Positions 12,330 through 24,772 of a stretch of DNA of 61,804 nucleotides are shown in pieces. This stretch comes from Octopus bimaculoides (lineage: Eukaryota). The notes under the pieces were generated by a model. The model was not told the origin of the DNA and searched no databases. It saw only the letters and a program-made list of their open reading frames with translations. The stretch covers positions 78,049,164 to 78,110,967 of the forward strand of contig NC_068989.1 of assembly GCF_001194135.2 (NCBI RefSeq), given 5' to 3'. The translations under genes were made by a program, and so were the position numbers. Positions within the stretch are counted from its first letter, which is position 1, and each line of letters opens with the position of its first letter.

Positions 12330-13089
12330 GTTTGTTTTGTTGAGAGAACGTGGCTCATACTGCTCACATCTCCAAACGTACTGATTGAAAGTCTGAGGAT
12401 GATTATGTAAGAGTCACGCGGGTAAGTCACGTCAAAAGCATCATTCCACTACATATATCATATAAGAGTTAGAATAATAGCTATGAAAGTGAAAGCCGCT
12501 CCGAATTTAGGCCTGCTTTAGTATTTTCGTTGTGTGCAGGAGCTATGCGATCCGCTATTATCTTATTTAGCGAAGATGTGATGACCTTTTTACTGTTAAA
12601 TATACTGCTTTATTGTAAGATTCAATATCTGTTATCATAATGCTGCGAAAACGGTCCAAAAATAAATGTTACTTTTAAACTATTTGGAGTGCATAACTGC
12701 TACAAATATATGCAGTCAAATATTGCTGAAAAGTGTCAACCGAACGGAAAACGGTTATTTGTTTCCAAAATTTTCACATGCATTTAAATATGTTTTATTT
12801 TGACAGCAAATATAAAGAAATAGAAGAGTCGGTAACTGAGAATGAAGGGAAGGTGTTGTGTGGTTATGTGAACGCGTGCGTGCACGTGCATGCGTGTGTA
12901 CATGCGTTTTTATTATTCGTGCGTGCTCGTGTGACCATGTAGTCACGCGTGTGTGCTTGAGTGATTGTGCATTAGCGTCCGAGTAAACGCATGAGTTAGA
13001 TCACACAAAGTAACAAACACCTAACAGACACATATTTACACAAGGATAAAAAAAAGGACTTTGTGAAAGCCTGTGAAAATGAAATGAAG
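12330..13089 (+). promoter_or_regulatory. Candidate promoter/first-exon region ending in a strong splice donor
   Basis: CpG-enriched patch with GTCACG..GTCACGTCA (CRE-like, 12413-12434) and CACGTG (~12885); consensus donors CGG|GTAAGT (12421) and ATGAAG|GTAAGT (13089). Inference only. Confidence 0.3.
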
Positions 13090-15063
13090 GTAAGTGACAT
13101 TTGCTATGCCAAAAATTAATGAGGAATAAATGAACTTTCAAGGGAGATATAAATCACTATCACCATAAGGGATTTTTATACAACCATAGATAGCAGTCAT
13201 AGCGAATGGCGAATCGTATAATAATGGTGTTTTTATAAGCTGTTTAGTTGTGGTTTGTATCTTTTAATCAATGAATATTCTTTATTCCTCTTCGGTCTGT
13301 AGTATTGTCTGTACTCCCTGCAACTTTATACATTTGTACACTATTTTGCTGGTTTCAGTCATTGGAATGCGACCATGCTGCGGCACCAATTTGAAGGTTT
13401 TAATGGAATATTGACACCGATATTTATTTCAAATTTGAGTAATTATTCTTGGTTCCGTACTTCAAACCTTGCGATAACAGGCAAATACGCACACATACAC
13501 ACATATATTAATATAGGTATACATCTTATACATAAGAATATTGACATGTGTGTGTGTGTGTGTGTGCTTACGGACGTGCGTGCTTTGCGTGTGTATGCAC
13601 ATGCACATACGTGTGTCTGTGTGTGTGTGCATGTGAGTGTAATATATAGAATTATGCATTGATGCTACACCCATACACACACACACACACACACGACACA
13701 CATACACTCATGTATGTGCGTATTCTCATGAATAATTATGTAATAAGAGTATATTTTTTGCATGGTTGTGTATGTGTGTACGTGCATGTACGTATGCGAG
13801 CTTATATAAAGTTTAAGTTAATATTACACCTACACAATTTGACTTCTTCCCCATGTACATACGATTATTTGGAAATATATTCCTCGTCAGTCTAAATTTA
13901 ATAAATTTAAGAAGACATAGAATACATTTTTTTTTCTGTATCATTGTTCCTTTTCAAGTGATTGAACACACGACTTACTTGAATGAGAATAACTTTGATC
14001 TTTGGAATTATGAGACATATATATGAAATTTGTTTCTTCTTTTATGCTGATTCATGTGCTTTTCGAAGTAGAAACGTAAAGTAATAAATAGAATAAAATA
14101 AATAAAGAGTAACAAAGAATGATTTAGGTTGCAGTATAAACATTTGTTTGTGTCTTCAGTTCCTTGCAGATCGAAATCATTCAATAAAAGATCTTTACTG
14201 AAGAACTTAAAGCAAATACTACTTGGCGTAGACAATGATATTACGTTACGGTTGGTCAGTATATGAAACGTGAAACTTCAAATCTAAAAACTTTACAAAT
14301 ACCTGCTTGCTTTCAGTATCGATCTCTTTGCGAAGAGATTTGTGATTTTATTTTTTTTCTCAGTGTGATTTACTAGCTCTGCTTAACCAATTACGTGTGA
14401 GCGAAAATGTTTGAAATGGAAACTGTATGGAAGCATGATGGAAGGAAGGAACTGTAATTCATGTTCTTAGTTAATGTATTTAACACGTTGTCACTCTTAG
14501 AAAAAAAATTATTTTCGTAACTTGAATAGAATGTACTGTATTCCAGGCATGAGCGGCAGGGTTTTCGATTTCAGGATAACATCCTCGTTTCTCCCATCAG
14601 CGTTCCAGGCGTGGGAGATGCTATATGCTATGAGCGCTACCTTTACCTCTCTGGCCTCGTCTTTTAAATTTGAAACAAGTTATCTGGACTATATAAAAAC
14701 TAATAATTAAATAACATTCCATTCTGTAATTATTAAATATTTGAATTCGATCTTTTCATCGGCAAATACTAAAAAGTAACACAAGGAAACAATATATATC
14801 GTTATAATAAACATAAATTCTATTTTCAGTGCAATCTTCTTGAGAGAGGGAAAGAGACTGACAGACAGAGAAAAGTGATACGAAATCAGTGCTTAATGCC
14901 ATGCTGGCTATAACGAAGCAAAATTGAATGTAGGCTGTCATACATAGTGTCGAATTCTTTTAACACGCAGCTTCAGTTATCACATTAAGACAATTTAATG
15001 AAAAAAATGTTTGTGTATCCAAATCTTCCCTCCAAACTCTCTGATTCTTCTGTAAATAGAATC

Positions 15064-15260
15064 TTTTCTACTATAATCACATGGGGCTACTCGTTTATAT
15101 CGATCCCAGTCGATATAATCAACTGATACTTAATTTTTCGAATTCGAAAGGATGAACGGCAAAGTCCACCTCGGCCTTAACTTAAAGCAGAACCTAAAAA
15201 CAGACGAAATGCTGGTAAACATTTTCTCCACTCTATCAGCAATTCTACAAGCTCACTAAC
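15064..15260 (-). mobile_element. SINE family A, old diverged copy
   Basis: ATCGATCCCAGT..AACTGATACTTAATTT..CGAAAGGATGAACGGCAAAGTCCACCTCGG..CAGAAC..CAGACGAAAT matches other copies in reverse orientation. Confidence 0.75.
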
Positions 15261-15554
15261 TCTTCTGTATAGAAGTATATTTCTATCGCAAAATCGTGCG
15301 GTTCATTTTGCATGTCAGCTATCTAGTGACGATAAAGTAAAGTGTCAATCAAGTACTGCGGTGGATCTAGTTCAATAATTCGCTCCGATCAAAACTAAAC
15401 TCGAAATCCGTTCCATTAAAATTGTTTCTGTGGGTGAAGGAGAATCTAATCGATCAGCTTTACATATATATCCCATCGAGTGATTTCTAAATTAATACTT
15501 TTGGCAATTGTTTGTATAATTAATTTGTATGTTTAAGCAAATTCTAATAATGGT

Positions 15555-15718
15555 TTCAGATTTTGGCACAAAGCCGGCAGTTTCAGGAAAAAGTCGATTA
15601 TATCAACCCCAGTGCTTACCTGATGTTTATTTTAACGACCCTAAGAAAAAGAATAGGGACGAAATGCCACTAAGCCTTTTTGCCCGGCGTATTAACGGTT
15701 CTGCCAGCTCGCCGACAT
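15555..15718 (-). mobile_element. SINE family A, diverged copy with internal deletion
   Basis: TTGGCACAAAGCC..GTCGATTATATCAACCCCAGT..GACGAAATGCCACTAAGC..TTGCCCGGCGTATTAACGGTTCTGCCAGCTCGCC. Confidence 0.8.
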
Positions 15719-16020
15719 GAATGCAAATTCTAATATTATATAGAATGCAATATTATATGTAATTCTAAATACTAAAAGTTGTTAACTTTTACATGCCATA
15801 TTTACAAACTATTCATTTCCAAATTTCAGATACACGTCAGCAAATCTTTGCATTTAATTTAGGTTGAATTGTAAATTTAACTTTTTCATTAAGAATTTAT
15901 GTTCTTTCCTTATCCATTAGGTATTCGTAAAATTTCTACACTTCTTCAGCATTGTAATCCGTAGCAATATAATGCAATATATATGGTTAAGCGCTGGATG
16001 GCTATCATACATTCTTTCGA

Positions 16021-16176
16021 TATTCTTTTCTACTCTAGGCACATGGCCCGAAATTTTGAGGGAGAAAACAGTCGATTAGATCGACCCCAGTAGGCAACTG
16101 ATACTTAATTTATCGACCCCAAAAGGGTGAAAGGTGAAGTCAACCTCGGCGGAATTTGATCTCAGAACGTAAAAAA
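16021..16176 (-). mobile_element. SINE family A (tail A), 5'-truncated
   Basis: TTCTACTCTAGGCACATGGCCCGAAATTTT..GTCGATTAGATCGACCCCAGT..GGCGGAATTTGATCTCAGAACGTAAA. Confidence 0.9.
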
Positions 16177-16205
16177 CTCTTTCGATAATATTATAATGGG
16201 AATGT

Positions 16206-16420
16206 AAGGCGGTGAGCTGGCAGAATCGTTAGCACGTCGGACGAAATGCTTAGCAGTATTCCTCCCGTCGCTCCGTTCGGAGTTAAAATTCCTCCAAGGT
16301 CAACCTTACCTTTCATCTTTTGGAGTCGATGCATTAAGTACCAGTTGTGCACTGGGGCCGATCATATCAACTAGCACCCTATCCCAAGATGTTGGGCCTT
16401 GTGCCTATAGTATAAAGGAT
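16206..16420 (+). mobile_element. SINE family A (tail A), full length
   Basis: AAGGCGGTGAGCTGGCAGAATCGTTAGCACGTCGGACGAAATGCTTAGC..GGGCCTTGTGCCTATAGTA. Confidence 0.9.
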
Positions 16421-17923
16421 TTTAATGGAAATCGATCGGCAATATATCATTGTTGTTAATTTATTTTTAATCATCATGAAATCTACAGCCTCACATGTGT
16501 TCTCCCCTCTGAATTAAACTATGTTTTCTTGCTCTTTATCTGATAGAATTTCTCCAAATTATAACCATTTTGCCTCGGAAATTCTTCCGCGATATCTCTG
16601 TCCCATTAGTTTGTTAGTGTACTTTTACAAGATTTTCCTACAATCTACTTACTGACTATATCAGAAGTTCAATTTAGTTCTTTAGCATATTTATTTCCTA
16701 TCATTATTTTAAAAATCGATTCTAGAATAATCCAGTTTATATTGGTATCGGCTGCTTTGTTATGGCTTGTTACAAAAGACACATAACCTCTGTGGCATTT
16801 GAGTCTTGTTAGAAGTCCATTTCATTTTTGGAGTATCGTGTAAAGATAACATATTCTTACCAGAATCCAGGTCGATGTCGCGCATTTTCTTTGAATATTG
16901 GCCAAAAGTATAGGATTAAAAACATTTTACTATATAACAAAAATGTGTTAGACCTGAGCATACGCACCACTCTTTGTTTCCTAAATACTCGGGCGTCATA
17001 TGTTGTGTGATAGATTTAAATAATGCGCAATCCTGTGTTTGACATGTTGAAAAACTTTGAATTATTCACTGTACATATCATGTGAACAGATGATAAGACT
17101 CGTGTGTAATGTATTGAATAGTTTTTAAATCACAACCCAAAATAACACCCACTATATTCATCTCTATGCAATTAAAAAATCGATATCGTTCAGAATATAT
17201 TCAGCCTTGGTATACATCAAATGATGTTTGTAATGTTATGAATTTGAATTGACAATACAAACATTCAATAAGAAAAGTATGAATTCATTGCTTCCTTATT
17301 CACGTTAGAAATATTGGATTTATCCGTCTTTCATTGATTCTAATTCTATTAATCGTATTCTATTGCATAAGTAATTAACGTAATCGATGTGTTTAATGAA
17401 TTCATTAGATATAGTAAGATGGACACCAGTAACACTTTAGAATAATTTATTGAAGATATAAGCGACAGAGTCTATAAATCAGAATAAATCATTAGGATGA
17501 TATGAGAGAATCATAAAGTGATTCTGTAATTATGAACTTTGGCTAATATATTTGTCACCAGTGCGTAAAACATGATATTCGTGAAAGGGAGAATACAGAA
17601 CAAAAACGAATGAGATTAAACTGAATATCTAATATCATTATCAATTTCGTACCTTTTATTGACCAAATATATAGCATTCGAAAATAAATTGGCATTAAAC
17701 CAATCCGTAAATAGTCATGCTTCAGAAGACGATGTGATTTGTATAATGGTGTAGCCCCCAACTTTTTCCCTGATTAAACTAATAGGCCTGCTATCAGTAA
17801 CCAGCATTTATTCTATTCAGATATAATCTACATCAAAACTCATTTACTGAATGCTTCCTGTTGTTCTTCATATGGTATGGTGTGATTCATATGATAGATT
17901 TACATATTCTGTCTATCATCTTT

Positions 17924-18052
17924 AAGGCTGTAAGCTGGTAGAACGTGAGCACGTTGAGGAAATTGTTTTACGCCTTTACGTTGTGAGTTCAAATTCGTTT
18001 GAGGTCGATTTTGCCTTTTATCTTTTCAAGGTCGATAAAATAAACACCAGCA
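17924..18052 (+). mobile_element. SINE family A, diverged 5' part
   Basis: AAGGCTGTAAGCTGGTAGAACGTGAGCACG..GAGTTCAAATTC..GAGGTCGATTTTGCCTTT..GGTCGATAAAATAAACACCAG. Confidence 0.8.
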
Positions 18053-18886
18053 ATAGTTCAGAATAAAGTAAACTTTACGATCCTTACTATCTATTGTCCT
18101 CTCGTATTTCTCTTAAGTCTTGAACTTCAATGCTCTTCTATGTTTAAAATGAATAGACCATGAATGCAAAGTGGGTAAATATCGAAAATACACAGACGAA
18201 CATCCAGTAATATTGATTTCTAATATTTTATGTACTCTGCAAAACTTACAAAATTGAACTACATATTTCTATCAGTAAACAAGGATGTATTTCAGGAATT
18301 CACAGTGTACTTTACATTAAAACCAAGACATATATTCCTGAAAGACATCCAGGAATTCACAGTGTACTTTAAGTTAAAACCAAGACATGTATATAATATG
18401 TGACAAATTCCATTATCTTCCAGATATTCCTCGTTAAACTTGAGCTTTAATCCAATAATCAATATAACCACGTAGACAAGTTAATCCACGTATTATATTT
18501 TATGGTTTATTCATATGCTGGTTTCCAATTTGATCGCAGAAGATTTCTTTATAAAAGACCTATATTGTACAATAATAATCCTTTCTTAATACCATCAGAA
18601 TTTCTACCATATCCCCAACCATCACCTTTTCTAATATAACCGCTTTAACTCAAGCAAAGTTTTAATTCATATCGTTAGGTAGCCGACAAATATTCCTTTA
18701 TTTCATTTTATCCATTCTTTTATTAAAAAATTCGTGAACCAGCTATTCTGAATAATTTTTTAAACACGCATAGTAGAAAACTATTATGTATTATTTTACA
18801 TTGAAATGACATTTTACTATAAAAGCATCATATATACATACACACATTACATAGATATGTATATTTACATAGGTATACATAAATGC

Positions 18887-18920
<34 letters not shown>

Positions 18921-19816
18921 NNNNNNNNNNNNNNNNNNNNNNNNNNNNNNNNNNNNNNNNNNNNNNNNNNNNNNNNNNNNNNNNNNNNNNNNNNNNNNNN
19001 NNNNNNNNNNNNNNNNNNNNNNNNNNNNNNNNNNNNNNNNNNNNNNNNNNNNNNNNNNNNNNNNNNNNNNNNNNNNNNNNNNNNNNNNNNNNNNNNNNNN
19101 NNNNNNNNNNNNNNNNNNNNNNNNNNNNNNNNNNNNNNNNNNNNNNNNNNNNNNNNNNNNNNNNNNNNNNNNNNNNNNNNNNNNNNNNNNNNNNNNNNNN
19201 NNNNNNNNNNNNNNNNNNNNNNNNNNNNNNNNNNNNNNNNNNNNNNNNNNNNNNNNNNNNNNNNNNNNNNNNNNNNNNNNNNNNNNNNNNNNNNNNNNNN
19301 NNNNNNNNNNNNNNNNNNNNNNNNNNNNNNNNNNNNNNNNNNNNNNNNNNNNNNNNNNNNNNNNNNNNNNNNNNNNNNNNNNNNNNNNNNNNNNNNNNNN
19401 NNNNNNNNNNNNNNNNNNNNNNNNNNNNNNNNNNNNNNNNNNNNNNNNNNNNNNNNNNNNNNNNNNNNNNNNNNNNNNNNNNNNNNNNNNNNNNNNNNNN
19501 NNNNNNNNNNNNNNNNNNNNNNNNNNNNNNNNNNNNNNNNNNNNNNNNNNNNNNNNNNNNNNNNNNNNNNNNNNNNNNNNNNNNNNNNNNNNNNNNNNNN
19601 NNNNNNNNNNNNNNNNNNNNNNNNNNNNNNNNNNNNNNNNNNNNNNNNNNNNNNNNNNNNNNNNNNNNNNNNNNNNNNNNNNNNNNNNNNNNNNNNNNNN
19701 NNNNNNNNNNNNNNNNNNNNNNNNNNNNNNNNNNATATATATATATATAGAGATATAGATATATATATATTTATAAAAAAGAAGTTTGAAAACGCCAATA
19801 TATAAAAAATGAATTT

Positions 19817-19864
19817 TAATTTAACATGTTTCGGTTCTTGTAAAAACGAACCTTATCAAAATTA
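19817..19864 (-). ncRNA. Minimal type I hammerhead-like motif, U3-A8 core variant
   Basis: Minus strand TAATT|TTGATAA|GGTTC gtttttacaa GAACC|GAAAC AT GT T|A AATTA. Stem II is a perfect 5 bp, stem III is the palindrome AACATGTT, and stem I is 5 bp with one extra A next to the cleavage site. Confidence 0.45.
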
Positions 19865-21089
19865 CATATTTAATAAAATGAAATTAAATGAAGAGTTCAT
19901 AATTGTTCCTTACTGGTGTCAATAGTCCAAGTGGGGGAATGTTGTATATGAGATCATCTACTACTACAACCAACAAAAAATCGACCAAAACCGGCTAAAA
20001 ATATTCACTAAAATAAATTATTGTATGAATTTATCACAGACATATACTAGCGTTTTGGTAGCTAAATTTTGTGCATATTTTGTTGGAATTATCCAATATA
20101 TTTCTCTTTACACGTAATGTTATTCCATGTGGGGAATTTTGTTCCACTTAGAATATGTGAATCCTTTAACAATCTATCTCCAAGCGTCGAATTAAATGTT
20201 TATATAAGTTGATTTATAAGTAGATTGCATATTGCAAATTTACCAGATCGCCAGGAAAGATATTTTACACCAAACTGTATATTATTAAATACCAGTTTCC
20301 ATAGACCTTCTGCAGAGGGTAGGGGAAATCAGTACCATTAATATATTATGGTCGTTTCAATCAATTTTAAAACTTCCATGTGACAATCGACATTTAAGCT
20401 ATTGAAATCAAATCAACCCCTCGGTTGTTGCAACCTGATTGAAGTGTTAGTAGGTAGACAGCTTCGTATTTAATGCCTCTCGGGGCTGAGATTTCTAGTT
20501 TAATTTTTGAGGCGGTAATAAACACATTCCTTGCTTTTCTCTGATCGATAATATTGATTAGATTCTACCTTCTCCAAATATTGACTGGTGAATGTGTAAG
20601 AAGTGAATATTTATATTTCTTGCTGGAGCAATGTGCTATACACACACTGAGTAGAAAGAACGGAATTCTTTATTAAATCAACCGCAGGACAGGATTTATA
20701 TTCATTTAAAAAGTAAGGAAGATTAAACATAAAGGCAAAACAGGCAAGATTTGAATACAGAAACTGTAAAATGAAAGTAAATTGTGTTGTGCACTAAGAA
20801 TCGAATTGTATTATTGCTGTCATTTGAATGCAAGAAACAGAATGTACAGTTGTGGCCGAAAGTTTGGAACATAGGTCAGAGAATAAATGCCCAAAGTTAT
20901 ATTTTATTTACAATATATTATTACTTGGACAAACGTTTGGAGCTTAGGTCTGAAAGTTAGAATTTTTCTATTGAATGCCCAAAGTTATATTTGGTTGGAG
21001 CGTATATTGAGCATAACAATTTGAATTTTTTAAATAATTTTCCAAACATTTGGTCCACCACTATATAAAAATGGCCAGGTGAGTAACAT

Positions 21090-21400
21090 ATAGGATCTCA
21101 TCACAAACTGTCGCGGAAAATGTGTGGTTTATGTGCTGCACACACCCATGAAGAGACCAATGAAATCCTCTGTTAAATGGAGACAAGAGCAAGGTTGTAT
21201 GAGTTAAGACAGATAAGCAAGACCTGGTTGAGGAGGATTTAGGAAAATCTAGTGCATCCGGATCTAACTTGAAAGGATCTTCAACCATGATAAGTGGGAT
21301 TCTCTCGCCTAGAAATTATGGTTTATTTGAAAAATGGTGTCTTTCTATCGATTTGAGGTACCTGCGCAATATATGGCAGGATGCCTATGCTGAAAAGCAA
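21090..21400 (+). mobile_element. Possible RTE-clade LINE 3' remnant
   Basis: Weak motifs WRQEQG..KTD..VEEDLG..YGLFEKW resemble the RTE 3' WRR..GG..KTW..V.EDL..YGL..W; heavily decayed. Confidence 0.35.
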
Positions 21401-22079
21401 TATGGCTTATGGGGATTAACAGGAACCACCCCTCTGGTGTGTGCCTTTTTTTCTACCACAAAGATATATATATGTTACACACACACACACACACAGATAT
21501 AATGTGCGTGTGCGCGTGTGCGTACGTGTTTGTGTACGTGTGAATGAGTGTACATGTGGATGAGTGTGTGTGTCTGTACATAAAACATTTTAGCTGTATA
21601 TAAAACATTTTAGCGTTCTTCCTACTCTCTTTTACTGAATTATTGTATATATATACTATAAATATGATCAACATGTTGGTTTCTAATCGAAAATATATTC
21701 ATTTTAAAAATGACATTGCATAATTGAAGATATTTTATATTTTCGCAATTGAAACAAATTTATAAATTGCTTATAGAATATATTAAACACTGCTTTAATA
21801 GCAAGAGCTATATCAAATGAAACAGAGTTGGCAAATACAATTTGGAGGATACAGAATTATTTTTGACATGTTAATCTCCTCCCACATATAGAAAATTTAA
21901 AAGTATATTGCACTATGATCAGATGGCGTCACAAGTTATCTTTTGCATTACAAGTATATGATTAATGTGCAAATTTGGTAAGCAACGTATATCTATCTAT
22001 CAACCATTCTATCTATCTATTTATTTATCACCAAACAATGCATATATATCTGTCTCTCTCTCATATACATATACATACA

Positions 22080-22199
<120 letters not shown>

Positions 22200-22598
22200 C
22201 ACACATAGTGCATCGTGTGTAAACTAGATGTACGTATGTCACTGTTAGGTTTAAGGCTGCGTGAAAATTGTCATCAAACAGTCTGCTTCCTTATAATGGC
22301 TAAGCTACGTCTACACTTATCAGTATTACTGGTCATGATATACAGAGGAAATGTAGGAGAAATTAACATATGCAAAAGTATATATACGTATCTCATATGT
22401 TGCGACATGCGATTCACCATTTTGGATGTTTGGAACTATACGTTGGACATTCCATCTAAGTGTAATAACGTACTCAACCACAATGGATCATAGGGGAAGG
22501 ATTTGGTGCACTGTTTTATAGAAAACTAATGTTTGCAATTAGTTCCCTGTAACATACAACAATAAATAGTTCCTTGAAGATCCTTTGCGGTTAAGCAG

Positions 22599-22796
22599 CT
22601 AACTGCACTTGGGAGATCCAATACAGAATTTCAGATAGCAACAAGGGTGATACGTAAGTAAGAACAAATGATATAAAATTCTGTTTCTTATATGTAATAT
22701 TTATTTTTCTTATACGCATAACAGGTTAAACTGGTGGGAAAGAAACGTTCCTAACAATGGATTACAAGTAACATCAGATGCCAAGAACCTTCCTAA
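22599..22796 (+). CDS. Candidate exon pair 22599-22653 / 22725-22796 of an unidentified gene
   Basis: A 71-nt intron (22654-22724) has a GTAAGT donor and a long pyrimidine tract ending CAG; the spliced frame is open: NCTWEIQYRISDSNKGDT|LNWWERNVPNNGLQVTSDAKNLP. No homologue recognised. Confidence 0.3.
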
Positions 22797-22874
22797 GTAT
22801 CCTTACGGTCCCAAGTGAAAGTATTATTATATCATCATCGTTATCATCATCAACATCATCATCCTTATCATTAT

Positions 22875-23400
22875 TGAGTGAGAGATCTGTGCATGCCATC
22901 AATGCGACACTAGGGGAAAATATACGAAGCTAAGTATACCTATTATGATAACACGTCTCATAAAGGTACACCAGGCATGTCCATCACAACCATATATTTG
23001 CGAAATGGTGATCTCATATGAAGATAAACAGCGCATAACCCTGCAGGTGGGGCCCAGAATTTGTTCGGGTCGGGTAGCCCATCCTGCTCAAAAGGTCCCT
23101 GAATAAGGGTTGTTTAAGGATGTTGAACGAAACACCCTTGTTTCCAGGTGTGAATTATCCAAACTACAAAGAATTCTTCTCAACACATGGCTATGATGCC
23201 CCCCCCCCACTACTTCGGTTCGTGATCAGAGATGAACATATCGTGTGTCACATATCATCGGTCATGCTCAACTGGTCAAAGTTAAATAAGTGACAATCAA
23301 ATCTGTGGTATCGAGGAGAATATTTGCTGTAGCCTATCTTTTATACCAAGCCAAAACTATCTGACATGATAACACCTGCAATCAATTAAAATCAGAATTC
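22875..23400 (+). mobile_element. Unclassified octopus-type interspersed repeat (non-coding)
   Basis: GTGCATGCCATCAA..AAAGGTCCCTGAATAAGGGTTGTTTAAGGATGTTGAACG..CAAATCTGTGGTAT..GAATATTTGCTGTAGCC is a pattern I recall as a high-copy octopus repeat. It is bounded by trinucleotide repeats and not verified by search. Confidence 0.5.
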
Positions 23401-23406
23401 TGGTAC

Positions 23407-23467
<61 letters not shown>
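23407..23467. repeat. (TAT)20 microsatellite
   Basis: Read directly from the sequence. Confidence 0.95.
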
Positions 23468-23469
<2 letters not shown>

Positions 23470-23800
23470 ATGTAAATTCACAGCTTATTTCGCAGGGTAT
23501 GATGGGAAGTTTCAGTTGTCCATAGCCAGCAGACTAAGGTGACACTTGCTTCAAGAATTCTACAAAGAATTCTTGCAGTTCCAAGCAATACTGATTGTTG
23601 TAGGTGTCCTTCCTTCACACTTGGAGGTGTCTATTTCGGCCATATTGGTATTTGAGCGCTGATACTTTCAAGTGCACCAATTACTGTTGGTATAATGTCT
23701 ACTCACTTTATTGATTACAATCTTCGTATTTCTCACTTCGAATCGTCATAATTGTTTGTTATTTCTCCCACTTTCTCATTGATCCTGTTGTCACCAGGTC
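23468..23800 (-). mobile_element. R4/Dong-type (restriction-like endonuclease) LINE 3' fragment
   Basis: Minus-strand PGDNRINEK, VDIIPTVIGALESI and LQQSVLLGTARILCRILE match the R4/Dong C-terminus (PGD.R..KE.EK..KY; V.PIVIGALG; LQK..LLGTARILR.VL). It is flanked by (TAA)n on both sides. Confidence 0.75.
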
Positions 23801-24772
23801 ATTATTATTATTATTTAAAACTGTCTGATTCGTCTCCAAGTTACTTAGAGTTTCATAGGTTCCTTACAGGAGCCTAGCTCGTCGCGTTCACGCATTTTCT
23901 AAGCTAATGAAATTAAATAATCTTCATTAAACATTTTTATATGCAAATGTTAAAAATGATAGAAAATCAGTAATCAGATCATAGAAGAAACTTGTCCTTC
24001 AAATCATATATAAAACAGAAATAGTCAAGTTTTACTGAAAATAGAAACACTTTTCATTTCAGCTGAATGAGAATTTGCATGAAAGTCTCTGCATTTACGG
24101 GCTGGAAGTATTAGAAGCAATAGATGCTTGATAATGCCAACTTTAAATATGAAACTAAAAACATATTCCTTTATCTTACGGAGGAGCTCTGTATTCAAGT
24201 ATTTTAACGGCTGTTATCACGTTTCGTCATATCTAAATCAAAGTGAAGATGCTTATCTTAACTTTGGATATTTAAGGATGATATAACCATCAGAGAGTTT
24301 TAATGGTGTGATTCGAATCTGTTTAAAATTTGAAAGAAAACGTTAAATGATTGGATAGGTACAATGTTCTGTTAACTGATCTCTCTAAACTTGTATTAAA
24401 TTTGTGAAGAAAGCTATTTTGTTTTATCGATATGTTATCTAAGAAACGTGTTCATATTACATTATCGACCGCATACAATAATATCCGAACGGTATCCTCG
24501 TGAGTATGCGGAGTAAGAATGTGATAAGTTACAAGTATATACTGCAAGGCATTTATTCAACGTATGATAATTGTTGAGACAATGAAGTTCTTCACAGTGC
24601 CGACCTATCAGAAGAGAAGTTAAATCATATTAGATTACACACCGACCTCTCAAGAAATGAAGTACGCACTCGAAAATATACTTGACGATATACAATTTCT
24701 GTGAAGATTAATATTTCTGCTTAAGTGATTGTATGTAGTACTATCAATAAATGAAAGTGTATTACATATATA

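Noticed and set aside
21061-21084. TATAAAA-ATG-GCCAG|GTGAGT as a first exon
   Set aside because: The ATG lies immediately after the TATA (too close for a TSS), there is no upstream acceptor, and it abuts a probable LINE remnant.
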